From: Andalucia godoyi And28
Taxonomy: Eukaryota; Protista; Jakobida
NCBI GenBank assembly: GCA_009859145.1
Contig: VRVR01000022.1
Location: 20,001 to 268,000 of the forward strand
Length of the DNA stretch: 248,000 bases
Direction of reading: 5' to 3'
In this document: positions 67,788 to 79,148 of the stretch, one piece after another
Numbering within the stretch: position 1 is the first letter of the stretch
How the letters are laid out: each line of letters begins with the position of its first letter
Position numbers and translations under genes: made by a program
Notes under the pieces: model-generated
What the model was told of the DNA's origin: nothing
Databases searched by the model: none
What the model saw: the letters and a program-made list of their open reading frames with translations, nothing else

Positions 67788-69233
67788 TTATTCAAACTTT
67801 GCTTGGTAGACAACTGGGCCTGGGCCTGGGACAGTGTGGATGATGTAGCGCAAGAGTCCATGGATGCGATCAGGCATTTCCTCTGAGGACCATCCAGCAG
67901 GAGTCGCCCATTGCTTTGCACCATGCTCAAAGGTGGCTCGGACCTCAGCGTTTCTCGTTCGGACGTACTCGGTCTCCGCTTCACCAGCACCAGGGTGAGA
68001 AGGAGCGGGTGGCGGGAATGCATGGGCAACGAGGGCGGCAACCTGCGCGAGATGCTGTTCACGAACAAAGAGCACTGCGTTTGGCCCCGCATCAAACGAA
68101 TATGCAGCTCGGATCTCGCCGTCAAGCGCGACTCCGTGTGCATTGAGCCGCGACACAAGTGCCACGACTCGGCGAGACGTGTCGTTCATGTAGGAAATCG
68201 GCGGGTAAGTATCGAGTGCAACCGCATGGAACTGATTCGAGTCGCGCATTGTCAGCTCCGCAAACAAGTTGAAATCTCCCGTCGCAATGGCAGTCTCCAT
68301 CCGTGCCACACGCGCATCTGCAATCTCCGCTCGACGACCCATCAACTCACTTGTCTGCACGGTCGTTTCCATACCCGCAGTCGACGACGTCTCCTTCTTT
68401 CCATCGTGCACAACCAGCACCAACACATGCAGCTTCTCGTCCTTTTTCTCGACCGATTGCTCATCATTCTTTGATGACGATGATGACGGAGTCTCAAAAG
68501 AAGAGGAAGAGCCACCGGCAAGAATCGAGCGGGACGCAGAGACTTTGCAAAACCGCACATTCCCTTCGTCACATACCTGGACCGCCACTGAATCCGCGCC
68601 GTCTTCCACCTCCTGGTGGCCACCGCGAACCCACTTGACGAATCCGCCATAGAGCGACCGGCACGCGCTTCCAGACCCGCGGCGCGCCCATGCCGAGTAC
68701 TCTCCCGGAAACGCCTCCTTGACGCCCAGTGCATGTGCCAGCGCCACAACAAGCGCCGCAAAACCCGAGGCACTTGACGCGAGCCCAGCCGCCGTCGGGA
68801 AGTTGTTGGTTGTCCACACATGAACCGTAATCTTCTCCGCGTCCACCGCGCGACGATGATGGCGAGCCTTGATGGCAGTCAGAACAGTCTTCATACGCGG
68901 GTTATGGTCAAGATCCGCAGCACGCTCAGATCCATTCAGCCAGATGCGGTCTCCCGCTGAAGAAGGCACCATCGACGACGGCGCGACAACCACAATCGTG
69001 TGCGTGCACAGGTCAGCTTGGGACAGCGTAAGCGAAAGCGACGAGTTGGTCGGCAGAATCAACGACGAGTTGCGCTTGCCCCAGTACTTAATTGCAGCAA
69101 TGTTCACCGGCGCCGACACTTCTGCATACGACACATTCGCGTCCGACAAGTCAACACTCGAAGGAAGGAACTGCCCGCCCGCATACGAACGCCACGTCTT
69201 CGGATCACTTGGGAGACGAGATGGAAGAGACAT
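67788..69233 (-). CDS. MVD: Diphosphomevalonate decarboxylase
   Basis: APVNIAAIKYWGKR, NNFPTAAGLASSASG, RRGSGSACRS, DSNQFHA, FDAGPNA. Confidence 0.95.
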   Translation of the reverse strand: MSLPSRLPSDPKTWRSYAGGQFLPSSVDLSDANVSYAEVSAPVNIAAIKYWGKRNSSLILPTNSSLSLTLSQADLCTHTIVVVAPSSMVPSSAGDRIWLNGSERAADLDHNPRMKTVLTAIKARHHRRAVDAEKITVHVWTTNNFPTAAGLASSASGFAALVVALAHALGVKEAFPGEYSAWARRGSGSACRSLYGGFVKWVRGGHQEVEDGADSVAVQVCDEGNVRFCKVSASRSILAGGSSSSFETPSSSSSKNDEQSVEKKDEKLHVLVLVVHDGKKETSSTAGMETTVQTSELMGRRAEIADARVARMETAIATGDFNLFAELTMRDSNQFHAVALDTYPPISYMNDTSRRVVALVSRLNAHGVALDGEIRAAYSFDAGPNAVLFVREQHLAQVAALVAHAFPPPAPSHPGAGEAETEYVRTRNAEVRATFEHGAKQWATPAGWSSEEMPDRIHGLLRYIIHTVPGPGPVVYQAKFE

Positions 69234-69582
69234 GTTGTTGTTGTTTTTCCCTTGACCCAACAGCAAATCAAAATATAAAATATTAAGAAAAAATATTAAG
69301 AATCAAAATAGCTCGTCTTTTCTCCTTCTTCTTTCTTCTTCTGCTTCGTTGTACTATTAATCGCGTTCAAAGAGGCTTCGCACGATGCATATGTACGTTC
69401 GCGGGAATGAGTGGAGTTGGGTTGGGTAAGAGACGGCACGGACTACAGCCGGTGAATGAGCTGTGAATTCGTCGCTGGGTGCTGCTGATCAGGACAACCC
69501 TGGATCGTGGATGGCGTTGCTAGGAAGAGAAGCCGGAACGAGGAAAGGCCAAGCGAGAATAAGGACGAGCGTACTTTATGGA

Positions 69583-70449
69583 TTAGTAGCGTGGTCGGTA
69601 GGGTCTCCGAAAGTCGTCGGTGGAAGGATTGGCGGACATATCGTCGCGGTCGCGCTTTCCAAACCTGGAAGAATCGCCGAGAGTCCGATTGGAATGGGAA
69701 GAGGAGGAGGAGAAGGAGGAAGAGGAGTTGCCGGGCTGGGAGCCAGATGCAAGAGAGCCCATCGTGCCTGCGTCAATTGCTCTCTTAAGAGGCATGGCGG
69801 CATGGCAGTCGAATGGTCGCCCCAAATCAAGATCGGGGCCTTCTGGACCGGGAACAACGAGCAACGGACGACTTCCATTCTCAGCAGACATGCTCCTACC
69901 CCGTAGCGCGGACATCAGCTCCGTCGCCGCCAACCGGTCCGGAACAATCACAAGCGCAAGACCCCGCGATCGCCCAGACTGCTTATCCTCGTAGAACCGG
70001 ACGTCCAAAACACTCGCCGCGAACGCCGCCGGCAAAAGACCACGAATGTCCGCATCCGTCGTGAACCACCGCAGATTCCCAACAAACACCGAAGCCCGCG
70101 ACTCTGGGAAGTGTCCCGCACTCTCTCCCTCCACTCCTTGCATCATGCTTGGCGCGCCGTGGGCCGCCGATCCAGCCTGCGGAGTCGGTGCAAGCGCCGG
70201 GTGCGCATGTGGAGTCGGCGCAAGTGGCGGTGCAACTGCAACTGCAGCCGTCGCCGTCGCCGTCGCCGTCGCTGGCTTCGGTCCCGGAACTGCCGCTGTC
70301 CCTGCCGTGAAGCCTGCTGTAGACGCTACTGTAGTCGCAGCATTGCTTGTGGATGTCCCGGGCGTCATCACAGGTGGCGCAGAAGCAACTGGCGCAACAG
70401 CCGACGAGCCAAGATCACCATATAAATCAAGCTCGGAGTAATCAGACAT
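69583..70449 (-). CDS. CFIm68/CPSF6-like RRM protein
   Basis: DLYGD; VFVGNLRWFTTD..FYEDKQSGRSRG. Confidence 0.7.
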   Translation of the reverse strand: MSDYSELDLYGDLGSSAVAPVASAPPVMTPGTSTSNAATTVASTAGFTAGTAAVPGPKPATATATATAAVAVAPPLAPTPHAHPALAPTPQAGSAAHGAPSMMQGVEGESAGHFPESRASVFVGNLRWFTTDADIRGLLPAAFAASVLDVRFYEDKQSGRSRGLALVIVPDRLAATELMSALRGRSMSAENGSRPLLVVPGPEGPDLDLGRPFDCHAAMPLKRAIDAGTMGSLASGSQPGNSSSSFSSSSSHSNRTLGDSSRFGKRDRDDMSANPSTDDFRRPYRPRY

Positions 70450-70674
70450 TGTTGCTTTTTCCCTTCCTTCTTCCTTTGTTATGCCCTTTGCCTTTTTCCC
70501 CCCACTTCGTTTGCACCTTGCTTCGCGGGAAACTGTCTGTTCATTCTATTTTCATTTTTCTGCACAAATTCTCGGCCTTTTTATTCATTGGGTATGAGAA
70601 GCGAGGCTGCTGACTTCGCCTGTTGTCTCAAGCATCACTTCCGCAACCGCCCTCCAGCGATTGATAAATGGCAA

Positions 70675-70783
70675 CGCCTACATTACACACTGACCATGCA
70701 TATCTGCGAATAGACATGCATATTCAGTCTTGCATCCCGTTGCCGGGAAGGGGATAGGCCCCCAACACGCCTCACGGCGCTCT
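70675..70783 (-). ncRNA. Putative omegaRNA scaffold (A1)
   Basis: Conserved four-hairpin right end of family A. Confidence 0.6.
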
Positions 70784-71294
70784 TCAGATAGATGTTCCGC
70801 GCTCCGTTCCCAATCTCGATCAATCGGTGAGCCACTTTCTCAGCGTGACACGTTGTTCCTGAGAAGGGTGCATTTTGATGCTGACGGCCCTAGCAGCAGG
70901 CGCTTTCGTGTCCTCAGTTGCAGCGCGATTGATGCATCTGGAGATACGAGAGGGAGAGGCGGTAGGCGTTGTGACACGTGGTCTCTTAGGAGGTCTGCGG
71001 GACCTAGGAGGCCCTGCATCGAGCGGCGTCGGCGTAGGCGAATGCGTCATCCCAGCGCACCCACGCCCCTATTTGAAATAAAAAAGTGAAACCAACGAAT
71101 GATAGAACAGATGGCTACGGATGCTGCGTTAAAGAGTGTCGAAAATGCGGAGCCTGTGTCACCGGCTGAATTTTGGCCGAGCGTGTGTAAGCACGAATTC
71201 CCTGTGAAACAAACGTGCTAGTGTCGGCCAGTTTTGATCGTGTCTGTTTATGTGTGCTTCCGTATGCATGACAATGACGTGTCACTATTCAACG
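70675..71294 (-). mobile_element. Non-autonomous Fanzor2 element, family A copy 1
   Basis: Left end CCGTTGAATAG; MTHSPTPTP..SIKMHPSQEQRVTLRKW fused to IDRD(W)NGARNIYLK; right end ..TAATGTAGGCG. Confidence 0.88.
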
Positions 71295-71428
71295 GCCCAG
71301 AATCCGACATTACTCACTCTGCCTTTTCACAATGTGTGTGTGTGTGTGCGTGCAAATTTGTCGAGTCTGCGGTGTAGTATTTTATTGTTCTCGCGGCCTC
71401 CTCGAATTCTGTGCGACTGTGGAAACAG

Positions 71429-72634
71429 ATGACAAGGGAAAGGTATAGCGGTGGTGATGCTGGTGATGTTAGTGGGAAGCAAAAGCTGCTGCTGCGCTCC
71501 GGAGGTTCTGCTCACAACCGACCTTGGCCTGTGGCCGTGGCTCAGTCGATCGGAGTGATTGTTATCTTGTTTGGAGCTGCACTTTTGCTCAATGTGTTGC
71601 AACTCGCATCGCGGATCTTGCGATGGACATGCGTCATCCGGGTGCCAACAGACATTCGATTCAACAATTACATGCTTGGGGTGTGGCTGCGGATCGCTAT
71701 CTGGGTCGTCAATGTCCCGTGCCGAACCAAGGTGTCTATTGCGCCCTACTCGGAAAGCAACGCAAATCGTACCAGCAAGGCCAGTACCGGTGGTGATCAG
71801 GAGGCACAGTGGAGTGGGAACCACTTGTTTGTCTCCAACCATGTTTCGTATCTCGATATCATGCTGCTGTTTGTGTTTCTTACACATCACCACAGCCTTC
71901 GTAATCACGACCTCCGCAACACGAATATCAGAACGCCACAGGATGCAGCACAACCGTGTCACATGCGGTTCTATGCAAAAAATGCAGTCCGATACTACCC
72001 GTGTGTATGGGCAGTGAACTTCTTTTCGGGGTTTGTGCTGCTGAAACGCGATTTTACGCGGGACCTACCGGTGATCATGCGCCACCTGTCCGTGCTCTCA
72101 TCCTGTTTCAAGCAGTACGCGATCCCATTCTATCTCTCGATTTTCCCGGAAGGCACGCGGTTTACTCGGCAGAAGGCGTTGCAAGGGAAGGAATTCGCGA
72201 GTGCGCACGGAGTCAAGGGTATGTGGGAAAACGTGTTGGTTCCCAGAGCCCGGGGCGTGCATGTCGCGGTGCAGAAACTTGGGTTTCAGGACAAGTGCCT
72301 CGATGGTGTAATCGTGCTGCGGTTCGAGTATCAAACGGGCGTGCGGGACCTCATTTCGCTGCTCGGCGGCCGCAATCCAAATGCAGTCCGAATCTGTCCC
72401 AAGCGGTATTCATGGACAGAGTACGTTCGCATCCTCAAGAACAAGGAGCACGCTCTTGAGCATTCGAGGAACAGCAGCAGCAGCGATAAAATGAATGAAG
72501 ACGGGGTCTCAGAAGAGGTAGTCAAGGACTGGCTGCTCGATGAGTTTAGGGAAATGGACTCCGCTCTCTCAAACCGAACTCTCTCACCGCTTTCTGAGTC
72601 TCTTGATTTGGACTGCAGACAAAAGGCCGACTGA
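71429..72634 (+). CDS. Lysophospholipid acyltransferase (LPAAT/LCLAT-like)
   Basis: SNHVSYLD, FPEGTRF, VLVPR. Confidence 0.85.
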   Translation: MTRERYSGGDAGDVSGKQKLLLRSGGSAHNRPWPVAVAQSIGVIVILFGAALLLNVLQLASRILRWTCVIRVPTDIRFNNYMLGVWLRIAIWVVNVPCRTKVSIAPYSESNANRTSKASTGGDQEAQWSGNHLFVSNHVSYLDIMLLFVFLTHHHSLRNHDLRNTNIRTPQDAAQPCHMRFYAKNAVRYYPCVWAVNFFSGFVLLKRDFTRDLPVIMRHLSVLSSCFKQYAIPFYLSIFPEGTRFTRQKALQGKEFASAHGVKGMWENVLVPRARGVHVAVQKLGFQDKCLDGVIVLRFEYQTGVRDLISLLGGRNPNAVRICPKRYSWTEYVRILKNKEHALEHSRNSSSSDKMNEDGVSEEVVKDWLLDEFREMDSALSNRTLSPLSESLDLDCRQKAD

Positions 72635-73260
72635 GCGATGAATTATTATTGTTTATTATTATTTATTTTTCACCCTGCACGTCTCCTGGTTCCCATGCTG
72701 CACCTATTTCATTTTACATATTACTGTTGTTTGTTTTTTTTTTTAAATAAAGTTCCCTTCATCATCCGACTTTGACTATTCCCATTATTATCATTATTGT
72801 TCGTTTGTTTCTTGTTTGTTTTGGAGACTGACGCCTTGCGACAATATGCAAACCACCCACCCACCGACCTCTCACCTCCCTCCAATCCCCCCGCTGTCTC
72901 TGTTCCGCGCACAACGAAAACACTGCACGTCTCTACTCTCGACAGCTGACACGACGAATCGCGGAAAAACCTCTGCGTATTTATGGACATTCCGAACTTC
73001 TCCAAAATATATGCCGGTCGTAAAAAAAACCTGTGGTCCTTATTTTTTCGCCCTTTTCCGTTCAGGTTTTCTTATTTATCGGTTTCGTCCAATTTACGTT
73101 GCAGTCTCTTTTATTTTTTTGTTTTTTTTGTTTTTTTATTCTTCATGTTTTTTCACACGTCTTCTCGTCATTTTAGTAGTAGCATCTATTTGACATATCG
73201 GTGACGATTTAGGCAACAAAAAGAAAGAGAAAGAGAAAAGAGAGAGCGTGAGAGAACAAC

Positions 73261-73806
73261 ATGAGACCACTTACCGAAGAAGAAACGCGAGTGTTTTTTG
73301 AGAAACTCTCGCAGTACATTGGAAAGAACATTGCTCAGCTTCTGGACTCATCGAGCGATGATCCGCATTGCTTTCGTCTTCAGCGCGAGCGGGTGTACTA
73401 CGTGTCAGAGCGTCTGATGAAGAAAGCCACGAATGTCAGCCGTGAAAACCTTGCGTCGCTCGGAGTCTGTTTTGGAAAATTCACAAAGACGCGCAAGTTT
73501 AGACTGCATGTCACGTGTCTGGACTACCTTGCACAGTATGCAAACTACAAGATCTGGGTGAAGCCATCGGCGGAAATGTCATATCTGTATGGAAACCACG
73601 TCCTTAAAGCCGGCCTCGGAAGAATCACAGAGAACACTCCGGAGAACCAAGGCGTAATTGTATTGTCCATGGCGGAGATTCCCCTCGGGTTCGGCATCGC
73701 TGCGAGATCAACCCAGGATTGCAGAAAGGCAGATCCAACGTCTATCGTCTGTCTTCATCAGGCGGATATCGGCGAGTATCTGAGAGACGAGGACACCCTC
73801 GGATGA
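73261..73806 (+). CDS. NIP7: 60S biogenesis protein NIP7
   Basis: [26 protein letters not shown]-type [26 protein letters not shown]. Confidence 0.95.
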   Translation: MRPLTEEETRVFFEKLSQYIGKNIAQLLDSSSDDPHCFRLQRERVYYVSERLMKKATNVSRENLASLGVCFGKFTKTRKFRLHVTCLDYLAQYANYKIWVKPSAEMSYLYGNHVLKAGLGRITENTPENQGVIVLSMAEIPLGFGIAARSTQDCRKADPTSIVCLHQADIGEYLRDEDTLG

Positions 73807-74447
73807 TCCAGTTGCCCGCTGTTCCAAAGCACACACACACACACACACACACACAACATGATTCTTTTGTAAAGTACTGTATACCAAGCGAGTCTGACGT
73901 AGCATGTCAATCTTCAAAGGAAGAAAGTTGATATCGGCGGTCAAGCCAGGCATCGAAGACTGGAGTCATTTCCTGCTGTAATAAAACAACCCCCCGACAC
74001 CCCATACAACGTACACCCACAAGTAGAAAACTCATGGTTGCGGAGCAGGTTCAAATATCAGGTGCGGGGAGTAAGGACTTTTGGAGTGCCCTTTCAGGAG
74101 TTCGTTTCCGGATTTGCAGAAATCCCTCATGAAAACGCTTGTAGACAGTCACTGTCTTCCCTAAAATCGAACGATGTTGCAGTGCACCCGACATAAATGT
74201 TTCGTGGCCTGCTCGCAATTCCAAAGCTGGTGGTTCGGGGACACGCACGTCACACTGCTGTGCTCTCTTTCGCTGGCTTTTCCCAAAAGAGGTCAATTGA
74301 CGACCTTGATTGGTACCACATGATGAACTCTTGTGGTGGTACCTTCACCCCGGAAGGACACTTCACTTTTTGTATATGTTTTTGTTTTCGTTTTGCTTTT
74401 GCTTTTTGATTATTGGTTTTGCAAAGGCTCGGTTCGAGCATGACTCC

Positions 74448-75452
74448 ATGATGCAGTGTCTCTGGAAAAGGCTGCTGCAAGTGAGACGGCTACCGTTTCG
74501 ATCTGTCCGATTGTTCAGCAGTGGCTCCTCATCATCATCATCGTCGTCGTCGTTGGCGGAGCGGTCCGGACGGCAAGACCATCGCTGGCAGCTCGGAATT
74601 CGCGAAGACGCACGAGATCGGAGGAGCAGCGGGAAGCAGGCTGCAGAAAAGCTGCATTCTGCCCTGGACCGCTTATCGGATCTTGCTCTCAAAGCGGCAG
74701 AGAAGGGTGTGGCGCATGCAGATGAAGATGGCGGCGGCCAGCGAGGAGCAGGAGCAGGAGCAGCAGCACCGCGCTCCATGGTGCTGCCGCGGAATGCAAA
74801 GGAGTGGACGATGTTGGTGGAACAGCGCATCCAAGAGGCCATGAATGCCGGTGAGTTCCGTGATTTGAAAGGGAAAGGGAAGCCTTTCCCAGACACGACA
74901 GAGACGGATGCTGCTTATGCGTATAATGACGAGGATCGATTTGCACACAAAATTCTGCGAAATCACAGCTTTGCTCCGCCTTGGATTGAGCTCGACAAGA
75001 TGATTCGAGAAGACCTGGCTGCGATGGATGCCTATGTGGCCCGTGTTCTTGTTGCGGGTATCAAGTATCTCGGGATCCACCGAGGAAAACACGCGATCCA
75101 GCAGCCGGCATTCGCAAAGGATGTCTTTCCTTCCTTAACGCCGGAGGAAGAGAGAGTCCGCATGCAGAAAGGGGATGTTGCGGTCGTCTACAAGTTTGCA
75201 AAGGATGAACTCGAGGTTGCTGTTCGACTCCTCGAGAGTAGCAATCGAGCGTCGTTTGCAACGTGGGATCGGGTGTTGGGAGAATGTGATGAGCTGACGA
75301 AAACCCTGAATCGAAAGATTGACGATTACAACATCATGACCCCGGTTCTGAGTTCTCATAAAATGCGACGCAACCGCGAGCGAAATATCAAGGCAGCGCT
75401 GCGGGTGCTCGACAGCGTGCCTATCCGATTTCTCCTGGAAAGGCCTTCTTGA
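74448..75452 (+). CDS. DUF1992 (DNAJC28-like) protein, probably mitochondrial
   Basis: LVEQRIQEAM..GEFRDLKGKGKP, KIL..HSFAPPWIEL. Confidence 0.8.
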   Translation: MMQCLWKRLLQVRRLPFRSVRLFSSGSSSSSSSSSLAERSGRQDHRWQLGIREDARDRRSSGKQAAEKLHSALDRLSDLALKAAEKGVAHADEDGGGQRGAGAGAAAPRSMVLPRNAKEWTMLVEQRIQEAMNAGEFRDLKGKGKPFPDTTETDAAYAYNDEDRFAHKILRNHSFAPPWIELDKMIREDLAAMDAYVARVLVAGIKYLGIHRGKHAIQQPAFAKDVFPSLTPEEERVRMQKGDVAVVYKFAKDELEVAVRLLESSNRASFATWDRVLGECDELTKTLNRKIDDYNIMTPVLSSHKMRRNRERNIKAALRVLDSVPIRFLLERPS

Positions 75453-75888
75453 GAACCGAAATTGAGAGTGCATTTATGTAGTAGTAACAGTAGTAGTAGT
75501 AGTAGTAGTATTTGGGGATGAGGTGGGACGCTAGATGCATCATGCAGCGTGTTGCTCGTCCACCCGTAAACGAAAGCAATAAGCACGGCTGTTCTATGGA
75601 ATCATGCACTTTACGGAAGCAACAGCTGCAAACTAACGAGGCCAAATGTCGCCATTTCCACTTGCAAGCCCAAACCACAAATGAAAACTACCAAACACTA
75701 TAACAACCCATTTAAGAAAAGAAAGACGGAGAAGGTGAAACAAGACAGGGCATGGAGAGAAGGACCAACAACAAATAACAGAGGTACAAAAGCTGAACGT
75801 GAGCATGTTCGAGGAAAACCCCTAGAACAAAACAAAACAAAAACAAAAACAAAAACAAAAACAAAAACAAAAACAAAAACAAAAAAAT

Positions 75889-76683
75889 TCAAGCATGATG
75901 GAGAAGCGAAAGCGTTGACTGTCTGGGAGTGCACGAGAAGCGCTGGCTGGACGCCATCAGAACAGTCTGCTGCGCGGATTCTTTTCGTTCCCTCTGAATC
76001 GAAGCATTGGACAAATGCCTGAGCAGCTTATTGACCTGCGTTGAGTCTTCGGTTTGCGTCTTTGTGTCCTTTGCCCGTGGAGTCAGCCGCCCAGCAAGAT
76101 ACCCCTGCGGGGTTCTTCCCGTTGTTTTTCCGTTTCCATTCTCGTGTGCGGATTGCGGTCTGGTGTTGAAAACATCCGAGTCTCCATTCGACGCTACGTG
76201 CTTCCTGCCGCGAGCGGATTCCACGACAGCGGGTGCAACGCTTCCGTTCTCAAACGACAAGTGCGATTCGTACATCGCGGCTCTGCTAGACGGTCTCTTC
76301 TTGAACGCATCGACGGGCGCGGACGGGTCAAACTCCAGCAGTTTTGCGGTCTCTCTGTGGGACTGCGGAAGAACCTTCTTCATGCGAGGCGAATCATGCA
76401 CTGCTGTCTTTCCCGCAGCGTCTTCCCCGGCAGACACGGGAGAAAGCCGCAAGCTCGGCCGATGAGTTGATGCCGGCATGTCTGGCGCTTCAAAAGGGCT
76501 GAAGGACGTTCGGATGCCTCGGAACGTGCGGTCTTCTGCTGCAGGGTGCGCAGACATGTGGATTGTCGGGTTCGGGAAGTCCTCCGGGTTTACTGGCGTC
76601 TTTTGGACAACTGCCGACCGTGAGCTCTTCGTCGGCGTGTACTTTCCCATACCATAAGACGTTCGGCGATTCGAAGTAGCCAT
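75889..76683 (-). CDS. Hypothetical protein
   Basis: 264-aa ORF, no recognised motif. Confidence 0.55.
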   Translation of the reverse strand: MATSNRRTSYGMGKYTPTKSSRSAVVQKTPVNPEDFPNPTIHMSAHPAAEDRTFRGIRTSFSPFEAPDMPASTHRPSLRLSPVSAGEDAAGKTAVHDSPRMKKVLPQSHRETAKLLEFDPSAPVDAFKKRPSSRAAMYESHLSFENGSVAPAVVESARGRKHVASNGDSDVFNTRPQSAHENGNGKTTGRTPQGYLAGRLTPRAKDTKTQTEDSTQVNKLLRHLSNASIQRERKESAQQTVLMASSQRFSCTPRQSTLSLLHHA

Positions 76684-77086
76684 ATTATCTTTCAGATTCT
76701 TGCTTCCTTTTGCGACAAAGAGATAGAATAAGACACGGATCGAAAGAAAAGAAGGGAGGAAGACGGAGGAAAATAAACGTGGAAAAAGAAAAGGAAGGGA
76801 AAAGAAAAGAAAAGAAAAGGGGAAAAAGAAAAAGAAAAGAAGGATGGGAAAGCGTGATTAGCGTGGAGCAGAGGAACAGCAGAGCTGTGAAGTTGGGGAA
76901 AGGCCAAAGGCGCACGTGCAGAATGGGCGACGAGTGACGATCAATCAAAAGATCTCATCTGCACTCTCGGCTTATGAGACTGGTGGAGTGGCGGGCACAT
77001 TGAAATGGGTGCGTTTTTAATCCTTTACAGCAGGAAAGATGCCTCCTCATGCAGGCATCAAATGCTTTCGTGCTTATAGTATTGCT

Positions 77087-77291
77087 CCTCCAACCCAAAC
77101 GTCTGGTGGACGGTGGTGAAGATCGTCGGATAGTATGGCTGAAGGTGTGCAGGTCGAGGCCCAATGAGAGACACTGTCGAATACTGACAACCCGATTCCT
77201 CCGCCGCGGCCTCTCTCTCCCTCTGCGGCGCACTCCATTGCCAATCAACAATCAATGCAATATCCGCTCAATTGAAAACAAAGAAGGAAAG

Positions 77292-77358
<67 letters not shown>

Positions 77359-77660
77359 AAGTGGATTAAAAATGCGGAATGGCAATAAAAGAAGCTCGTT
77401 GAAACCCCTAGTTTTCTCCTGGTTCCGAGGGTCCAAATGGTTCTAACAAATGCACTGATTGCTCAGCTAGAGAGCTCTGAACAGGAAAATAGGTTGTTTC
77501 TGTTTTGGGGTGCGCAGACACCACGGATGTCCCACTCAAAAGGGGAGCTTTATTGGATGGGCGCTGATGCGGATTGTAAAAGTCACTTTTTACGCCAAAT
77601 AAATCTGTCTGAGGCGCAGCATGCGAGCCAAGTGTGCGGATAGGTTTTGGGTTGGAAGGT
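77087..77660 (+). mobile_element. TIR MITE copy 2
   Basis: CCTCCAACCCAAA .. TTTGGGTTGGAAGG ends; central (GA)n; near-identical to 123877-124503. Confidence 0.88.
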
Positions 77661-77703
77661 AGTACCTACAAGCCTTCATGTCTGTTCAATAGACGGAGAG
77701 TCT

Positions 77704-78711
77704 TCATGCAGTAGCCTTTCTTGAACGCTTTGGAGCCGGAGATGGATCTCTTGTCGATACCGATTCGATCTTGCTGCTTTTCCTGACACCGCCGCTCTTC
77801 GGTTTCGTCAAAGAAACAAGACGCGACCGTTCCTCTTCCTCTTGTTCTCTGTCTTCCTGACTCATTTCCACAGCTTTTGCCGTCGCCCTATTCTTCTTCG
77901 ATGGCTTCACATGTTTCGTATGCTCAACATGCTCCACGTCGCTCACCGCAACTGCAGACACTCGTTTCCCGACAGATGAACTCCTATCTTTGGGAACAAG
78001 TGTACCACCATCCACAGCCGTCGTTGCTTTTGCTTTCATCTTTGATTTTGTCCCTTTCTCCTTCTCTTCATGATCTTGCTGCTGCTGCATTTTCTTCCTC
78101 GCTTCCTCCTTCTTTTCCATCAGCCTTCTCTTGTTCCTTGCGGCAACCTTTTCGACATATTTTTCCTTCTTCTTTTCTTTCCGCTTGAGGATGCTCGCCT
78201 TCTCCCTTTCAGAAAGACCATTCCACTTGTCTGTCTTTTTGAGATCGCGTTCTCTAGCCAAATGGACCTTGGATTTCAGATGTTCTTGAACTTGCTTTTC
78301 GGAACGAAGCTCGCGCTCCGGGCACAAATTGCACTTAAAACTCAGTCGCTGCGCGGCGCCTCCAGATTCCTTGCCACCATCAGCATCCCCCGCATCACCA
78401 TCAGCATCCTCCTCATCGTCAGAAGACTCTAGAAGTTCGCCTACTGCGCGCTTTCGCCCCTCGCTGCCAGACGAGAGTAAAGCCGCCTTCTTTGATCGCA
78501 GTGGCTTTCGATCCGTTCCGTCTGCTGAATAGTCTGAATCCTCTGTGTCATCGGAGTCAGCAGCCTCGTCAGCATCCTCGTCATCACTTCCCGACTGGCT
78601 GCCATGATCCTCAGATTCTTCGACCGATCCCAGTTCTGAATTCTCATCAGACGACGACCCTTCATCTGGGTCTTCGTTGTGTTGAAGATACTTTGTTAAC
78701 CGCTTGATCAT
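77704..78711 (-). CDS. Acidic/basic nucleolar-type protein with C2H2 zinc finger
   Basis: CNLCPE..QVQEHLKSKVH. Confidence 0.65.
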   Translation of the reverse strand: MIKRLTKYLQHNEDPDEGSSSDENSELGSVEESEDHGSQSGSDDEDADEAADSDDTEDSDYSADGTDRKPLRSKKAALLSSGSEGRKRAVGELLESSDDEEDADGDAGDADGGKESGGAAQRLSFKCNLCPERELRSEKQVQEHLKSKVHLARERDLKKTDKWNGLSEREKASILKRKEKKKEKYVEKVAARNKRRLMEKKEEARKKMQQQQDHEEKEKGTKSKMKAKATTAVDGGTLVPKDRSSSVGKRVSAVAVSDVEHVEHTKHVKPSKKNRATAKAVEMSQEDREQEEEERSRLVSLTKPKSGGVRKSSKIESVSTRDPSPAPKRSRKATA

Positions 78712-79148
78712 TGCTGAAACGGAGATCGGCTTTCGGAATAATTCTCGGATCAACACACGCTAAGGAAAGACGGAGATGAAGAAATGGAGAAACGCGGCAA
78801 AATTTTGTGGGATTCAAACAGAAATTAATCCGTCTCGTTCGTTTTCATTTTGTTTTGGCTTGTTAGTTTGCTTATCCGCGAAATACAACTACAGCAGGTG
78901 GGAATGAGGATTCCGGTCTTTCAAGGGATTCCGGCCATTGGCAGTTTTGCACCCGTTGCCACACCAGGAGTTTTTGATGCTGGGACCAAGAAACAGAAGA
79001 GGACTGCATTTAGAAAACAGCAACACGTGAGAAGCGCGCAAGATGAGAGCAGAGTAATGCGAATGTACAACATTGATTGACGAATATGGGACGATCAATT
79101 AACACAAAGGGAGGGGGAGGGGGAGGAATTAAAGAGGCGGCGCAAACA

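Noticed and set aside
70569-70582. TTCTCGGCCTTTT resembling the U2 snRNA 5' end
   Set aside because: Not followed by the GTGTAGTA branch-recognition sequence or an Sm site.
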